Shown: piece by piece, positions 1-7,849 of the stretch
Layout of the letters: the number at the start of each line of letters is the position of its first letter
How positions within the stretch are numbered: position 1 is the stretch's first letter
IMG/VR virus record: IMGVR_UViG_3300011434_000001
Source: an uncultured virus (IMG/VR IMGVR_UViG_3300011434_000001)
Taxonomy: Duplodnaviria; Heunggongvirae; Uroviricota; Caudoviricetes
Length of the DNA stretch: 64,000 bases
Direction: 5' to 3' (one strand)
Translations under genes and position numbers: made by a program
Notes under the pieces: model-generated
What the model was told of the DNA's origin: nothing
Databases searched by the model: none
Seen by the model: only the letters and a program-made list of their open reading frames with translations

Positions 1-639
1 GAGCGTGGGGCTGACGAAAAAGGTGTTGACGTTCACCCACGCAAACAACGGGACGTTCGGGAGCACGAACACGGGGGTTGACCACTGGGTCACCGGATCA
101 GCGTTGCCGGTGGTATACGCGGCTCGGGCGAATTTACCGCCCGCACCACCTAAGGCCAAATTCAACGGGGACTGGTCTACGGGATATTCAAACCCGTTAG
201 TCCAACCACTAACCCCGTCCTCGGAGGTCTGAATTAAAACATAGTGAGTGTTCAGATAAGCGCCGGGGTCTGCAATCTGCGCTTCCTCATCAGCGATGGA
301 TACCATCACCGGACCCTCAGGCAATAAAGGGAGCGCCAAAACTTTCAACCACAGATCGTGAACCGAGTCACCGCATTTCGGGCACACACCCTCTGCTTGG
401 AGCCATTCGACAAGAAGGTCCCACTCGTTGTCGCCGGGCTGCGGCGTGCCGCCTTTGATGATCACCACCTTTACCAACAGATTGTAAAAGTGATCCCCTT
501 GCGCGGGAGTTCCACCGATGTCACGCAGATAACGCGCGAGCAGATCGCGAAGCGAGTCGCCTTGACGGGGGACGCCGCCTACCGACTCGACGAGTTTCCA
601 AAGGATGTGATATTTTCCGTCACCGGGTTGTGCTGCCAT
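1..639 (-). CDS. Hypothetical repeat protein, runs off the window start
   Basis: Manually translated from ATG at 639: MAAQPGDGKYHILWKLVESVGGVPRQGDSLRDLLARYLRDIGGTPAQGD...; open to base 1; follows the protease stop on the same strand; missing from the ORF track because no stop lies in the window. Confidence 0.75.
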   Translation of the reverse strand, partial: MAAQPGDGKYHILWKLVESVGGVPRQGDSLRDLLARYLRDIGGTPAQGDHFYNLLVKVVIIKGGTPQPGDNEWDLLVEWLQAEGVCPKCGDSVHDLWLKVLALPLLPEGPVMVSIADEEAQIADPGAYLNTHYVLIQTSEDGVSGWTNGFEYPVDQSPLNLALGGAGGKFARAAYTTGNADPVTQWSTPVFVLPNVPLFAWVNVNTFFVSPTL

Positions 640-641
640 AA

Positions 642-1445
642 TTAATTTACACTAAAGGTTTTCACTTGCACTTCCCTGTTCGCCAGCCCGTTCAACAATC
701 CATCGCCGGGGCACCAGTCGCCACGCACCGCCCAATGCAGCACCGCGCCGTTTGCAAAATCTTCGATCACGCGCACGGGCACGAAGTTCATGAACCCGGG
801 GCCGACGACGCCACCACAGGTGAGGCCGACAACATCTCCATTGTGCGTGCGAAAAATTGGACCACCACTTGAACCGAAGTAAGCAGCGAGTGCCGCTTGA
901 TCGGTCATCTCCCATGGCCAACCCTCGGGCTTGAGACCCACCTGTGAGAGGATGCCATTACTGACACTATCCTCGAACGCGATCCCTTGAACATTGCCGA
1001 CATGAGTGAGCGGAGTTCCCACGGCGATTGGGGCCGAAGGCGCAAACTCAGCGGCGCGAAAATATTTAGCCGGAGCATCGAGCCATAGAAGCGCAACGTC
1101 GCGCGCCTTGTCTCTGCCGATGACGACCGCAGTGAACTCAGCCTGCCCGGCACGATGGCCTTCGGTGCGGATGTTCTTCACGATCTTCACCTTGTTGTCA
1201 TTCTCAACGACGTGGTTCGCGGTCCAGATGAACACGCGCGTTCGGCCCTGCTCGTTGACACGTTCCATCACAACGCCAGAGCCTTGACCATCGCTGGCCT
1301 GAATGAGCACAACCGACTGTTGCATGCGACAGTAGTCCACCTTTGTCGAAATGGTCCGGCTGCCGACCATAGAGGCGGTAACCAGCAATGCAACAGTCCA
1401 CGCGCCGAGGCGCGACTTCAGGAATTTCTTCAGTCGTGTGTTCAC
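642..1445 (-). CDS. Trypsin-like serine protease (S1 family) with N-terminal hydrophobic segment
   Basis: Catalytic triad motifs TANHVV, RDVALL and GSSGGP; GSGVV strand. Confidence 0.9.
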   Translation of the reverse strand: MNTRLKKFLKSRLGAWTVALLVTASMVGSRTISTKVDYCRMQQSVVLIQASDGQGSGVVMERVNEQGRTRVFIWTANHVVENDNKVKIVKNIRTEGHRAGQAEFTAVVIGRDKARDVALLWLDAPAKYFRAAEFAPSAPIAVGTPLTHVGNVQGIAFEDSVSNGILSQVGLKPEGWPWEMTDQAALAAYFGSSGGPIFRTHNGDVVGLTCGGVVGPGFMNFVPVRVIEDFANGAVLHWAVRGDWCPGDGLLNGLANREVQVKTFSVN

Positions 1446-1479
1446 ATTAAACAGTGCAGTGCAGGAATGAAAATGGCAA

Positions 1480-1505
1480 GGGATTCCCGCCGAAGCGGGA
1501 ACCCC
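1480..1505 (-). terminator. GC-rich hairpin with TTCG loop, probable terminator or stability element
   Basis: GGGGTTCCCGC-TTCG-GCGGGAATCCC then TTGCCATTTT, just after the 1513 stop. Confidence 0.55.
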
Positions 1506-1512
1506 GAGAGGA

Positions 1513-1785
1513 TTACGGAGTGACCGTCTCGACGACCGGCGTGCCCGGCTTCGTCGGAATGTCAGGACCGTTACCGATGTCAGACTCAGGCCCGGGACCG
1601 GCCACGTTATGCGCCTTCACTTTGAAGCGATAGACGCCCGTGCCGACCGTCACGTCGCGAGACGTAGCGGGATTCAGACCCAGCGATGCGAATGCCCCAC
1701 CGTTGGCGGATTGGAACAGTTCGTAGTTGAGCACCTGATCAGCAGGCGGATTGGCGGGCCAAGAGACCCTCAGTGTATTTGGCAT
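1513..1785 (-). CDS. Single fibronectin type III-like domain protein
   Basis: LRVSWPA...YELFQS...YRFKVKAHNVAGPGPES is a typical FN3 pattern. Confidence 0.8.
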   Translation of the reverse strand: MPNTLRVSWPANPPADQVLNYELFQSANGGAFASLGLNPATSRDVTVGTGVYRFKVKAHNVAGPGPESDIGNGPDIPTKPGTPVVETVTP

Positions 1786-1968
1786 AGGTTTCCTTTTGGT
1801 TACGACTCGGATTATTCCGCGTCACCCAACAGTGCAAACCTCAGTGAAGATCGTCAACGAAATCTCCGGCGTCTTCCAAACATTTTATGAAGCCGAGATA
1901 TTTCGTGTTATTTTCGTTGTGTCTGATCCACAATCGGAACGCTTTTCGGATGCGTTTAAACAGTGCTT

Positions 1969-2313
1969 TCATTTTTTCACCAAAAGTTGGATCAGAAGCC
2001 GGATCGCCTCTTTCATCTCTTGGTCGCAGAGACTCCCCGCAGCCAGTAGCTTCAGACGTTCTATGGGCGGGAGTTTCAAAGTCGCCTCGCGATCATCGCG
2101 CATTTTCTTTGCCTGCGCCGTGGCTGCCTCCGCATAGACGCCGATGCCGATTACAATATAACCGTCCGAGCAACGCAAGAATTGTCGCCAGTAGCCCGGC
2201 GTGGGGTGCCCCATGCAATCTGTATCCGGGGCCATCCAATGCGGCGGTTCATCAGAGAGATGTTTCGCAGCGGCGAATGTTTGTCCAGCAATGCTTCCGT
2301 ATAGTCCGATCAT
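1969..2313 (-). CDS. Hypothetical protein
   Basis: 114-aa ORF with sigma70-like promoter TTGACA-N17-TAAGAT directly upstream. Confidence 0.6.
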   Translation of the reverse strand: MIGLYGSIAGQTFAAAKHLSDEPPHWMAPDTDCMGHPTPGYWRQFLRCSDGYIVIGIGVYAEAATAQAKKMRDDREATLKLPPIERLKLLAAGSLCDQEMKEAIRLLIQLLVKK

Positions 2314-2344
2314 GGAGTGATCTTACCAGATTCCGGCGCGCTTG

Positions 2345-2824
2345 TCAAGAATATCTTCCGACGTGGTCCCACTGGAACCGGCGCGTGTAATCAACCATGA
2401 TCACCGGCGACATTGCGCAGATATCCGGCGACAACACCGAGGACTCAGCGCGCTCTTGCAACGCTACCTCGGCAACCTTCGCCGCGTCCGCGCCGAACTC
2501 GCTACAGAAGTATCGAGACGCGCTGCGACGCTGCCGGATGCCAATCAGAAAACAAATGCAGCCCCAGTAGTCGTAACCGGTGCCGAGTTCCGACTCGCAA
2601 AATTTCCGAGCCGCTTCCGAGTTTGGTCGCGCGCCCATCTTATAGCAGAACGGTGTAACCCCCTCGGTGGACTTCAACGTGCCCTTGATGACGCCCTTAC
2701 CGGGCACGGACTCGTAGACCGTGCCGTCCTCGAAAACGACAGCCATGTGTGCATACTTGCTGCGCGTGAACCAGCGGATCAGCGCAGCCCAAATTCCCTT
2801 GCCCCGGTAGAAATAGAATCTCAT
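2345..2824 (-). CDS. Permuted papain-like amidase (YiiX/YebB-like NlpC/P60)
   Basis: IRWFTRSKYAHMAV (His first), YDYWG, YFCSEF (Cys last); start moved to ATG 2824. Confidence 0.85.
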   Translation of the reverse strand: MRFYFYRGKGIWAALIRWFTRSKYAHMAVVFEDGTVYESVPGKGVIKGTLKSTEGVTPFCYKMGARPNSEAARKFCESELGTGYDYWGCICFLIGIRQRRSASRYFCSEFGADAAKVAEVALQERAESSVLSPDICAMSPVIMVDYTRRFQWDHVGRYS

Positions 2825-2903
2825 AAGAAAAAGATTGCGAACGACAGCGCAAACGCGATGGTGGCGATGACCGCGAGCAGGATGCGTGTCAGGATTGTCG
2901 GTC

Positions 2904-3083
2904 TCATACGCCCATCTTCTTTCTGATCGCATCCCGGTGCGTGGGCTTGAAGCCATGCTCCACTGCTTGGAGCAAACGGACCTGCTTCTTCGCGTTCTCG
3001 GGCGTGCTGCCCTTGGACTTCACCCCATTCGGAGAGGTGACGCGGACCTTGCCGTTTTTCAGTTTGCGTTTGGTGTAGGGCAT
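2904..3083 (-). CDS. Small basic hypothetical protein
   Basis: MPYTKRKLKNGKVRV...AKKQVRLLQAVEHGFKP; start overlaps the upstream stop. Confidence 0.65.
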   Translation of the reverse strand: MPYTKRKLKNGKVRVTSPNGVKSKGSTPENAKKQVRLLQAVEHGFKPTHRDAIRKKMGV

Positions 3084-3295
3084 TACTTTATATCTCCCAT
3101 GTTCGGCGGAAACACGGTCGTCTTCAAACACGCAAGCGCCGATACCTCTCCAGTGTATGGATTGATCGGCGGACGTTCGAGCGGGGCTTTCTCCCCATGC
3201 TTCAAGACCGCGTGGGTCATGTCCACGGTCCAGCCGAACTTCTGCCCTTCGAGATAGGGCATGAGGTCGATGATATTTCCGGGATCAAGCGACAT
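3083..3295 (-). CDS. Hypothetical protein
   Basis: MSLDPGNIIDLMPYLEG..., tightly packed with neighbours. Confidence 0.55.
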   Translation of the reverse strand: MSLDPGNIIDLMPYLEGQKFGWTVDMTHAVLKHGEKAPLERPPINPYTGEVSALACLKTTVFPPNMGDIK

Positions 3296-3453
3296 AGCTG
3301 GTCTTCGTAACCTTGAAGCAGAGGAAGTAAAAAGTCCACTGCGCGGGACCAGCAACGGTGCGCACCGGTTTCAGATGCCACGTGCCGGGTCGAATGTCGA
3401 GGATGTAAGCGGGTTTATGATTGTGAGTCGTTGCCATACATCAAACAGTGCGG

Positions 3454-3966
3454 TCAAATCGACCGAGATGTCACGAACGAAATGAAAAAATTCTTTTCGC
3501 CAGTTATCGGCACCGGAACTGGAAAAGACTGGCCCCGGTAGAAAATGATGATCTGTCCCTGATAAATTTTTAGGGAGGGCGGGGTCAGGGCCGGGAACAC
3601 CGTCTCATCTGCCCGGAACACTTCCAGTTTCGTGAGCGGCTGCCCATTGAATTGAAGCGTAGGCGATTCGAGCACAGACACCTCGGCAACCTTTGGGCGA
3701 TACACGAGGTAAGCCGGATCGCTCTCGTATCCGCCGACGTTCACCGCAGTCAGCCACGCAAAGTAGTGCGGCGGCATGTTCAGCGCGCCATGCGTGCCTT
3801 GAATGAGTTGCGGAAACGAATTGACCGGCATCCCAATCGTCGGCCCATAGTAGAGATAGTAGCCCGCGAGATCGGGCTCGGTGTTGGCCCGCCACGAGAA
3901 CGCGACGTTGTCGGCGTGGAGGATGTTTAAACAAGTCAGTAATATACTTACTATTAGTTTTTTCAT
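3454..3966 (-). CDS. Secreted FN3-like domain protein
   Basis: Signal peptide MKKLIVSILLTCLNILHA, then FSWRANTEPDLAGYYLYYG...TAVNVGGYES. Confidence 0.75.
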   Translation of the reverse strand: MKKLIVSILLTCLNILHADNVAFSWRANTEPDLAGYYLYYGPTIGMPVNSFPQLIQGTHGALNMPPHYFAWLTAVNVGGYESDPAYLVYRPKVAEVSVLESPTLQFNGQPLTKLEVFRADETVFPALTPPSLKIYQGQIIIFYRGQSFPVPVPITGEKNFFISFVTSRSI

Positions 3967-4025
3967 AAAAGGGTCGCGAGGCGTGCGGGCTGAACACCAG
4001 TTAGCCACAACTTTAATCGCCAGAA

Positions 4026-4163
4026 GCCTTTCACAAGGCGACGAACCTCGTTCCACAAAGTGGAGCTATTCAGCGTCCCCCTGAACAGCTACGGGGTTCA
4101 TCAGTGGCTTCCGAGGCCACGCCACCGGCGCGAGCCGGAGTGCTACATTTACACCATGACAAA
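4026..4163 (-). ncRNA. tRNA-like RNA with D- and T-arms and about 90 nt of structured insert
   Basis: D-arm-like TGGTGTAAATGTAGCAC, T-arm CGAGG-TTCGTCG-CCTTG, weak acceptor TTTGTCA/TGAAAGG, internal hairpins. Confidence 0.55.
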
Positions 4164-4164
4164 T

Positions 4165-4241
4165 TGGTTGCGGGAGCAGGATTTGAACCTACGACCTTCA
4201 CGTTATGAGCGTGCTGAGCTACCGGACTGCTCCATCCCGCA
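4165..4241 (-). tRNA. tRNA-Met(CAT), initiator-like scaffold with altered identity elements
   Basis: TGCGGGATGGAGCAGTCCGGTAGCTCAGCACGCTCATAACGTGAAGGTCGTAGGTTCAAATCCTGCTCCCGCAACCA: full cloverleaf, encoded CCA. Confidence 0.95.
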
Positions 4242-4247
4242 ATAAAT

Positions 4248-4349
4248 TGGCGGGCCGGGAAACACTCGGGACTCACGCGCGTGATTCCTCCGCTATTGCG
4301 TTTGATCTACTCAGCGGTTATGACCCGCCTTTCCTTCAAACTCCGGCCC
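4248..4349 (-). ncRNA. CCA-ending tRNA-like RNA (102 nt)
   Basis: Perfect 7-bp acceptor GGGCCGG/CCGGCCC plus G-CCA; internal stem ending in GCGG-GTCATAA-CCGC; no canonical D or T arm. Confidence 0.65.
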
Positions 4350-4370
4350 ATTAAATTTTCAAAGATCAAA

Positions 4371-4469
4371 AGACCGGGGAGGATTTTACCTCCGCCCCCC
4401 CCCCCGCGCCGCGCTACCTCATGAAACGAGTCCGCTCTGCCCGAGTGCTCTGACTTAAGCTACCGGCCA
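4371..4469 (-). ncRNA. tRNA-like RNA with extended anticodon arm
   Basis: GGCCGG/CCGGTC acceptor, D-arm TAGCTTAAGTCAGAGCA, T-arm GGAGG-TAAAAT-CCTCC, about 50-nt middle region, no encoded CCA. Confidence 0.6.
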
Positions 4470-4474
4470 AAAAT

Positions 4475-4542
4475 TGGTGGACGCTATCGTGGCCCTGACG
4501 CCGTGCTCAACGGGGGCGCATCCACTCGCGCAGATATCGCCC
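4475..4542 (-). ncRNA. Short CCA-ending structured RNA (68 nt)
   Basis: GGGCGATATC pairs with GATAGCGTCC (one mismatch, one G-U), followed by ACCA and an AT-rich spacer. Confidence 0.5.
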
Positions 4543-4618
4543 ACTAATTTTGCGGGGACTTCCCCGCTCTGCCGCTCGCCCGTTTCTGGACCTACCCGGC
4601 CTAGTGCCGAGTGTGCTT

Positions 4619-4648
4619 AACCTACACTATCGAGCAATCACTTGTCAA
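4619..4648 (-). promoter_or_regulatory. Sigma70-like promoter for the RNA array
   Basis: TTGACA-N18-TAGGTT pointing into the ORF-poor array. Confidence 0.6.
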
Positions 4649-4749
4649 GTCCCTCTTATCGAATGGTGCCCTTCACCACTCTAAGCTACCAAACTGTGCA
4701 GCCCCCGGAGAAAAAATACCACAACTTTCTGACGGGGGCCGCACAATTT

Positions 4750-5145
4750 TTAGTTGTTCTGGCTGGGGTTGTTCACGTGGCCGGGCGGAACGAATTGAGT
4801 GCCGCCACCTGTGCTAGTGCCACCATTGGCAGTTGCAGCGGCATTACTCGTGCCCGAGACGGAAGTGGAATTCCGCGAAGGACGAAGCAGTGCAGCGCCG
4901 CCAGCGATCCCGCCCGCTTGCGCGACGGCAGGGACGAACCCGGGGCCATGCGCGGCGGAGAGGACTTGGAGGTCTTCGACGTTCTTCGCACCGTTGGCTG
5001 GCGCGGCGATGAGCGTGGTAGACGACGGCGAAAAGACTCCACGGGCAGTGGCCCGATAAATCTTCACGTCACCGATCTGGCCCGACTCACGAACCGAGGT
5101 GCAGCCAACAAGAGCGAGAGCGAGAAGTATACAGTATGATTTCAT
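4750..5145 (-). CDS. Putative lipoprotein
   Basis: MKSYCILLALALVGC lipobox, low-complexity C-terminus. Confidence 0.7.
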   Translation of the reverse strand: MKSYCILLALALVGCTSVRESGQIGDVKIYRATARGVFSPSSTTLIAAPANGAKNVEDLQVLSAAHGPGFVPAVAQAGGIAGGAALLRPSRNSTSVSGTSNAAATANGGTSTGGGTQFVPPGHVNNPSQNN

Positions 5146-5178
5146 GTTTTTGCTTTTGTTGTTGTTTGTTGGGAGGTG

Positions 5179-5553
5179 TTAGCAGGAAATATATTCCGAG
5201 AGGCGCGCGGAGTAGTGCGGCTTGCGCGCATTCGCACGAGTAGTTCGCACCACGGTGCCATGGCCAGACCGGAGATCAGTCTTGATGTCGAAAACCAGAT
5301 CGGTGTCAGCATCCAATGGTTCCCGGACGACCACTCGTTCGATGGAATCGGACGGCTTCAAATATTGCGCGCTGCCGACCTCGACGATGTTGGTCCACGT
5401 CACATCGATGCCGCCACGGATCGGCAGGGCATCATGCTTCGCGTGCTCGCGGGCGGTCGGCGCATAGGTCAGTTGAATGTGCTTCTGCTTTGACAGTTGC
5501 AACAGGTCCTCGGGGAAGAAGATATCACGATGGTAGAGATGATTTGGTTTCAC
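5179..5553 (-). CDS. Hypothetical protein
   Basis: 124-aa ORF with its own promoter TTGTCC-N17-TATGGT (5590-5618). Confidence 0.7.
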   Translation of the reverse strand: MKPNHLYHRDIFFPEDLLQLSKQKHIQLTYAPTAREHAKHDALPIRGGIDVTWTNIVEVGSAQYLKPSDSIERVVVREPLDADTDLVFDIKTDLRSGHGTVVRTTRANARKPHYSARLSEYISC

Positions 5554-5662
5554 TTTTTGTTTCGAATAGTTGTTTCATTTGTTAGGCACACCATAGCAAA
5601 CGCGGTCGAGAGGGACAATAGGAAGACTGCTTACCGCGAGGTAGGGGATTCACGGAGAAGAA

Positions 5663-5680
5663 TGACACCAATTGGTGTCA
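5663..5680. repeat. Palindrome TGACACCAATTGGTGTCA, copy 1 (intergenic)
   Basis: Read directly; same 16-bp core at 9095, 25874 and 46307. Confidence 0.95.
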
Positions 5681-5710
5681 AAGCGGTGTAAATAATTAAC
5701 TATTAGTTAA

Positions 5711-6508
5711 TTAGTGCTTGTAGAAGCGTCCCCATGAGCCACGTTTCGCAGTGACCGCTGAGGCATTTACTTCGGAGCGGAACTTGAGAATAATATTCCC
5801 AGCATTGGAACCATTCTCAATCGTTCCAGAGATGCGCGCTTCCAAAACAGTAGCGAGCCCTGCGGTGCCGACGAGAGCGACGCCTTGCGCGCCGGTGAGA
5901 TTCCGAATGACCGTGGCAGTCTCGAAGGTGGTAAAGGAAATTTGGCTGGCTGCTGGTGAAGCGGGCGAATCGACCTGCACCACCAATCCCGTAGTGGAAG
6001 CGGCGGTCAGAAAATAAACGATACACTCAAAAGACCACACCTCATTTGCCAGCACTGCCTGCGAAAAAATATTCGTGAACGACGAATTACTTGAGTTCTG
6101 AGAATCAGCGTTTAAACGAAATAATACGGGAAGACCGGCGTGGGTATGAACAGAAGCAGCCTTGCCCGCGAGATCAGAAACCAGATTGGTGATATCAGAT
6201 TGGGAATGAGTGTGCGAGGAAGAAGCTTTGCCCGCCAATGCTGACACGAGATTGGTGATATCAGACTGCGCATGAGTATGCACTGAAGCGGCTTTGCCCG
6301 CTAAATCGGACACGAGATTTGTGATATCAGATTGCGCGTGGGTGTGGGAGAGATCAGCCTTTGCCGCAAGAGCGGATGCAACAGCCGAGGCGACAGCATA
6401 GCCTTGATCCAGCATGTAGGACTTTGACACTGCGTCATCGTTCTGCTCTGGATCGGCGATGGGGCCTACCGTCTGCCCGCTTGCTGGAAATCTGCCGTTA
6501 GATGCCAT
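5711..6508 (-). CDS. Tail fibre-like protein with HTH(A/S)QSDITNL repeats
   Basis: Three or more 22-aa repeats HTHAQSDITNLVSDLAGKAAS (phage tail repeat-like), DAVSKSY motif, beta-rich C-terminus. Confidence 0.75.
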   Translation of the reverse strand: MASNGRFPASGQTVGPIADPEQNDDAVSKSYMLDQGYAVASAVASALAAKADLSHTHAQSDITNLVSDLAGKAASVHTHAQSDITNLVSALAGKASSSHTHSQSDITNLVSDLAGKAASVHTHAGLPVLFRLNADSQNSSNSSFTNIFSQAVLANEVWSFECIVYFLTAASTTGLVVQVDSPASPAASQISFTTFETATVIRNLTGAQGVALVGTAGLATVLEARISGTIENGSNAGNIILKFRSEVNASAVTAKRGSWGRFYKH

Positions 6509-7007
6509 TGATCACTAAACGGTGCGATATGCAGAAAGATTTGACAACGCGGCTCGTCCTTCCGCCATTCCGCCATCATGGCGTCTCGCCGGAAAGTCTT
6601 ACCGCCGTATCGCCGGACTGCCGTGTAAACGGCAACTTCGTCCATCTCACACCGGGCATAAGCTGCCTCGATCTCGATTTTTCATCTCGCGGTGACCTCG
6701 GTAAGCGGCCTTTCAGGCGCGCGAACCCCCCCCAAGCCCAATTCCGAACTCGGCGACATGGCTAAGTGGCTGATTGGCAACAGGTTACGAGGGCGGTTCG
6801 GCGGATCGCCGTGTAGCCGTTCTTTAGAATGTTGGTAGGCAAATACTGCCGGGGTCGATCTGGACCCTGTGAAACCGTGTGAAATCCTCAATGAATCGCT
6901 TAAAAGTTAGGTGAGCCGAAGATTGTTTCGCTTACCTATGGGCGTAAATACAATGTAAATACATTGTCAATACAGGGTCAAGTGTTAGACGAGCCTAACT
7001 TTTAACG

Positions 7008-7661
7008 TTACTGGCTCTTGGCGTCGTCGGCCACCTCGGCAGCAATGGCAAGCTGTGCGTCCAATAGCTGCGCCTGTGGTGACTTGCTCCGGGCTGCCTC
7101 TTGCATCGCTCGCGCAAGCTGCACGTGCAGTTCACCGGCTGCTACTTCATCCTTGCCGCTGCTGTCGCGCTTGATGCGCTCTTGCGTCGTGTCGTTGAGC
7201 GCAGCGTAGGACATGGCGTGACACTTCTCAATTGCGGATGCGAGGTCAGCCAGTTGTCGCGTGGTGAGTTTCTTGTAGTTCACCGGGTTCTCAGATGTCC
7301 CGATGTTGGCTTCGGTGAATAAGTATTGCTCCAATTCTTCATCGCTCATGCCGGTCAACTTGCGAATCACGCGCTCGATGATGAGGCGCATGCGGTGGGC
7401 CTGCACGAAATTCAACGCGCGATTGATTGCGCGCTCGATATCACCGGGCTTGCCGGACTTCTTCAAATCAAGGATGCCTTTGAGCTTCTCGTTCCATTGG
7501 TCCTCGTTGGCGATGTTGAGCACATCAATAGTGCGGATGCCCAGCGCGTGCGCTGTGCGCTCCAGATCACCAGTGAACGCAGCGTAGAGCAGGAACGCGT
7601 TCTCGCGGTCAATGTGTGCGACGTTCTTCTGTAGTTCCTTGACGTAGCTTTTCTCGGGCAT
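7008..7661 (-). CDS. Helical DNA-binding protein, possible terminase small subunit
   Basis: N-terminal HTH-like segment (DLERTAHALGIRTIDVLNIANEDQW), helical body, near the start of the leftward arm. Confidence 0.4.
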   Translation of the reverse strand: MPEKSYVKELQKNVAHIDRENAFLLYAAFTGDLERTAHALGIRTIDVLNIANEDQWNEKLKGILDLKKSGKPGDIERAINRALNFVQAHRMRLIIERVIRKLTGMSDEELEQYLFTEANIGTSENPVNYKKLTTRQLADLASAIEKCHAMSYAALNDTTQERIKRDSSGKDEVAAGELHVQLARAMQEAARSKSPQAQLLDAQLAIAAEVADDAKSQ

Positions 7662-7849
7662 ATTCGGATCGCTTCTTCATTCGAAGATTGTGCTTCGCGG
7701 TGCGGTGGAGATCGCGGACCTGATGATGGTCACGAAAGAGGATCGCGTCATTGTCCACTGGCGCTTTGCATTTCTTCACATCAAACTGTGCAGTTTTCGT
7801 GGACACTCGGCCATAAGAAAATGCCGGAGCGGGAGCCAGAGTTTTGTTT

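Noticed and set aside
5..645. Plus-strand ORFs 5-232 and 358-645
   Set aside because: Antisense shadows of the minus-strand repeat ORF starting at 639
4095..4105. CTGATGA on the minus strand, suggesting a hammerhead ribozyme core
   Set aside because: No GAAA closing a stem II at the required position and no matching stem I/III arrangement found
4475..4620. tmRNA, suggested by the ...TCCACCA end
   Set aside because: No T-arm before the 3' end, far too short, no tag reading frame
6130..6370. 66-bp periodic repeats resembling a CRISPR array
   Set aside because: In-frame coding repeats of the fibre protein with synonymous variation and no unique spacers
6540..6760. Possible broken minus-strand ORF (...VAVYTAVRRYGGKTF...) after a TGA or frameshift near 6683
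   Set aside because: Cannot define a start or family with confidence; may be a remnant or an error
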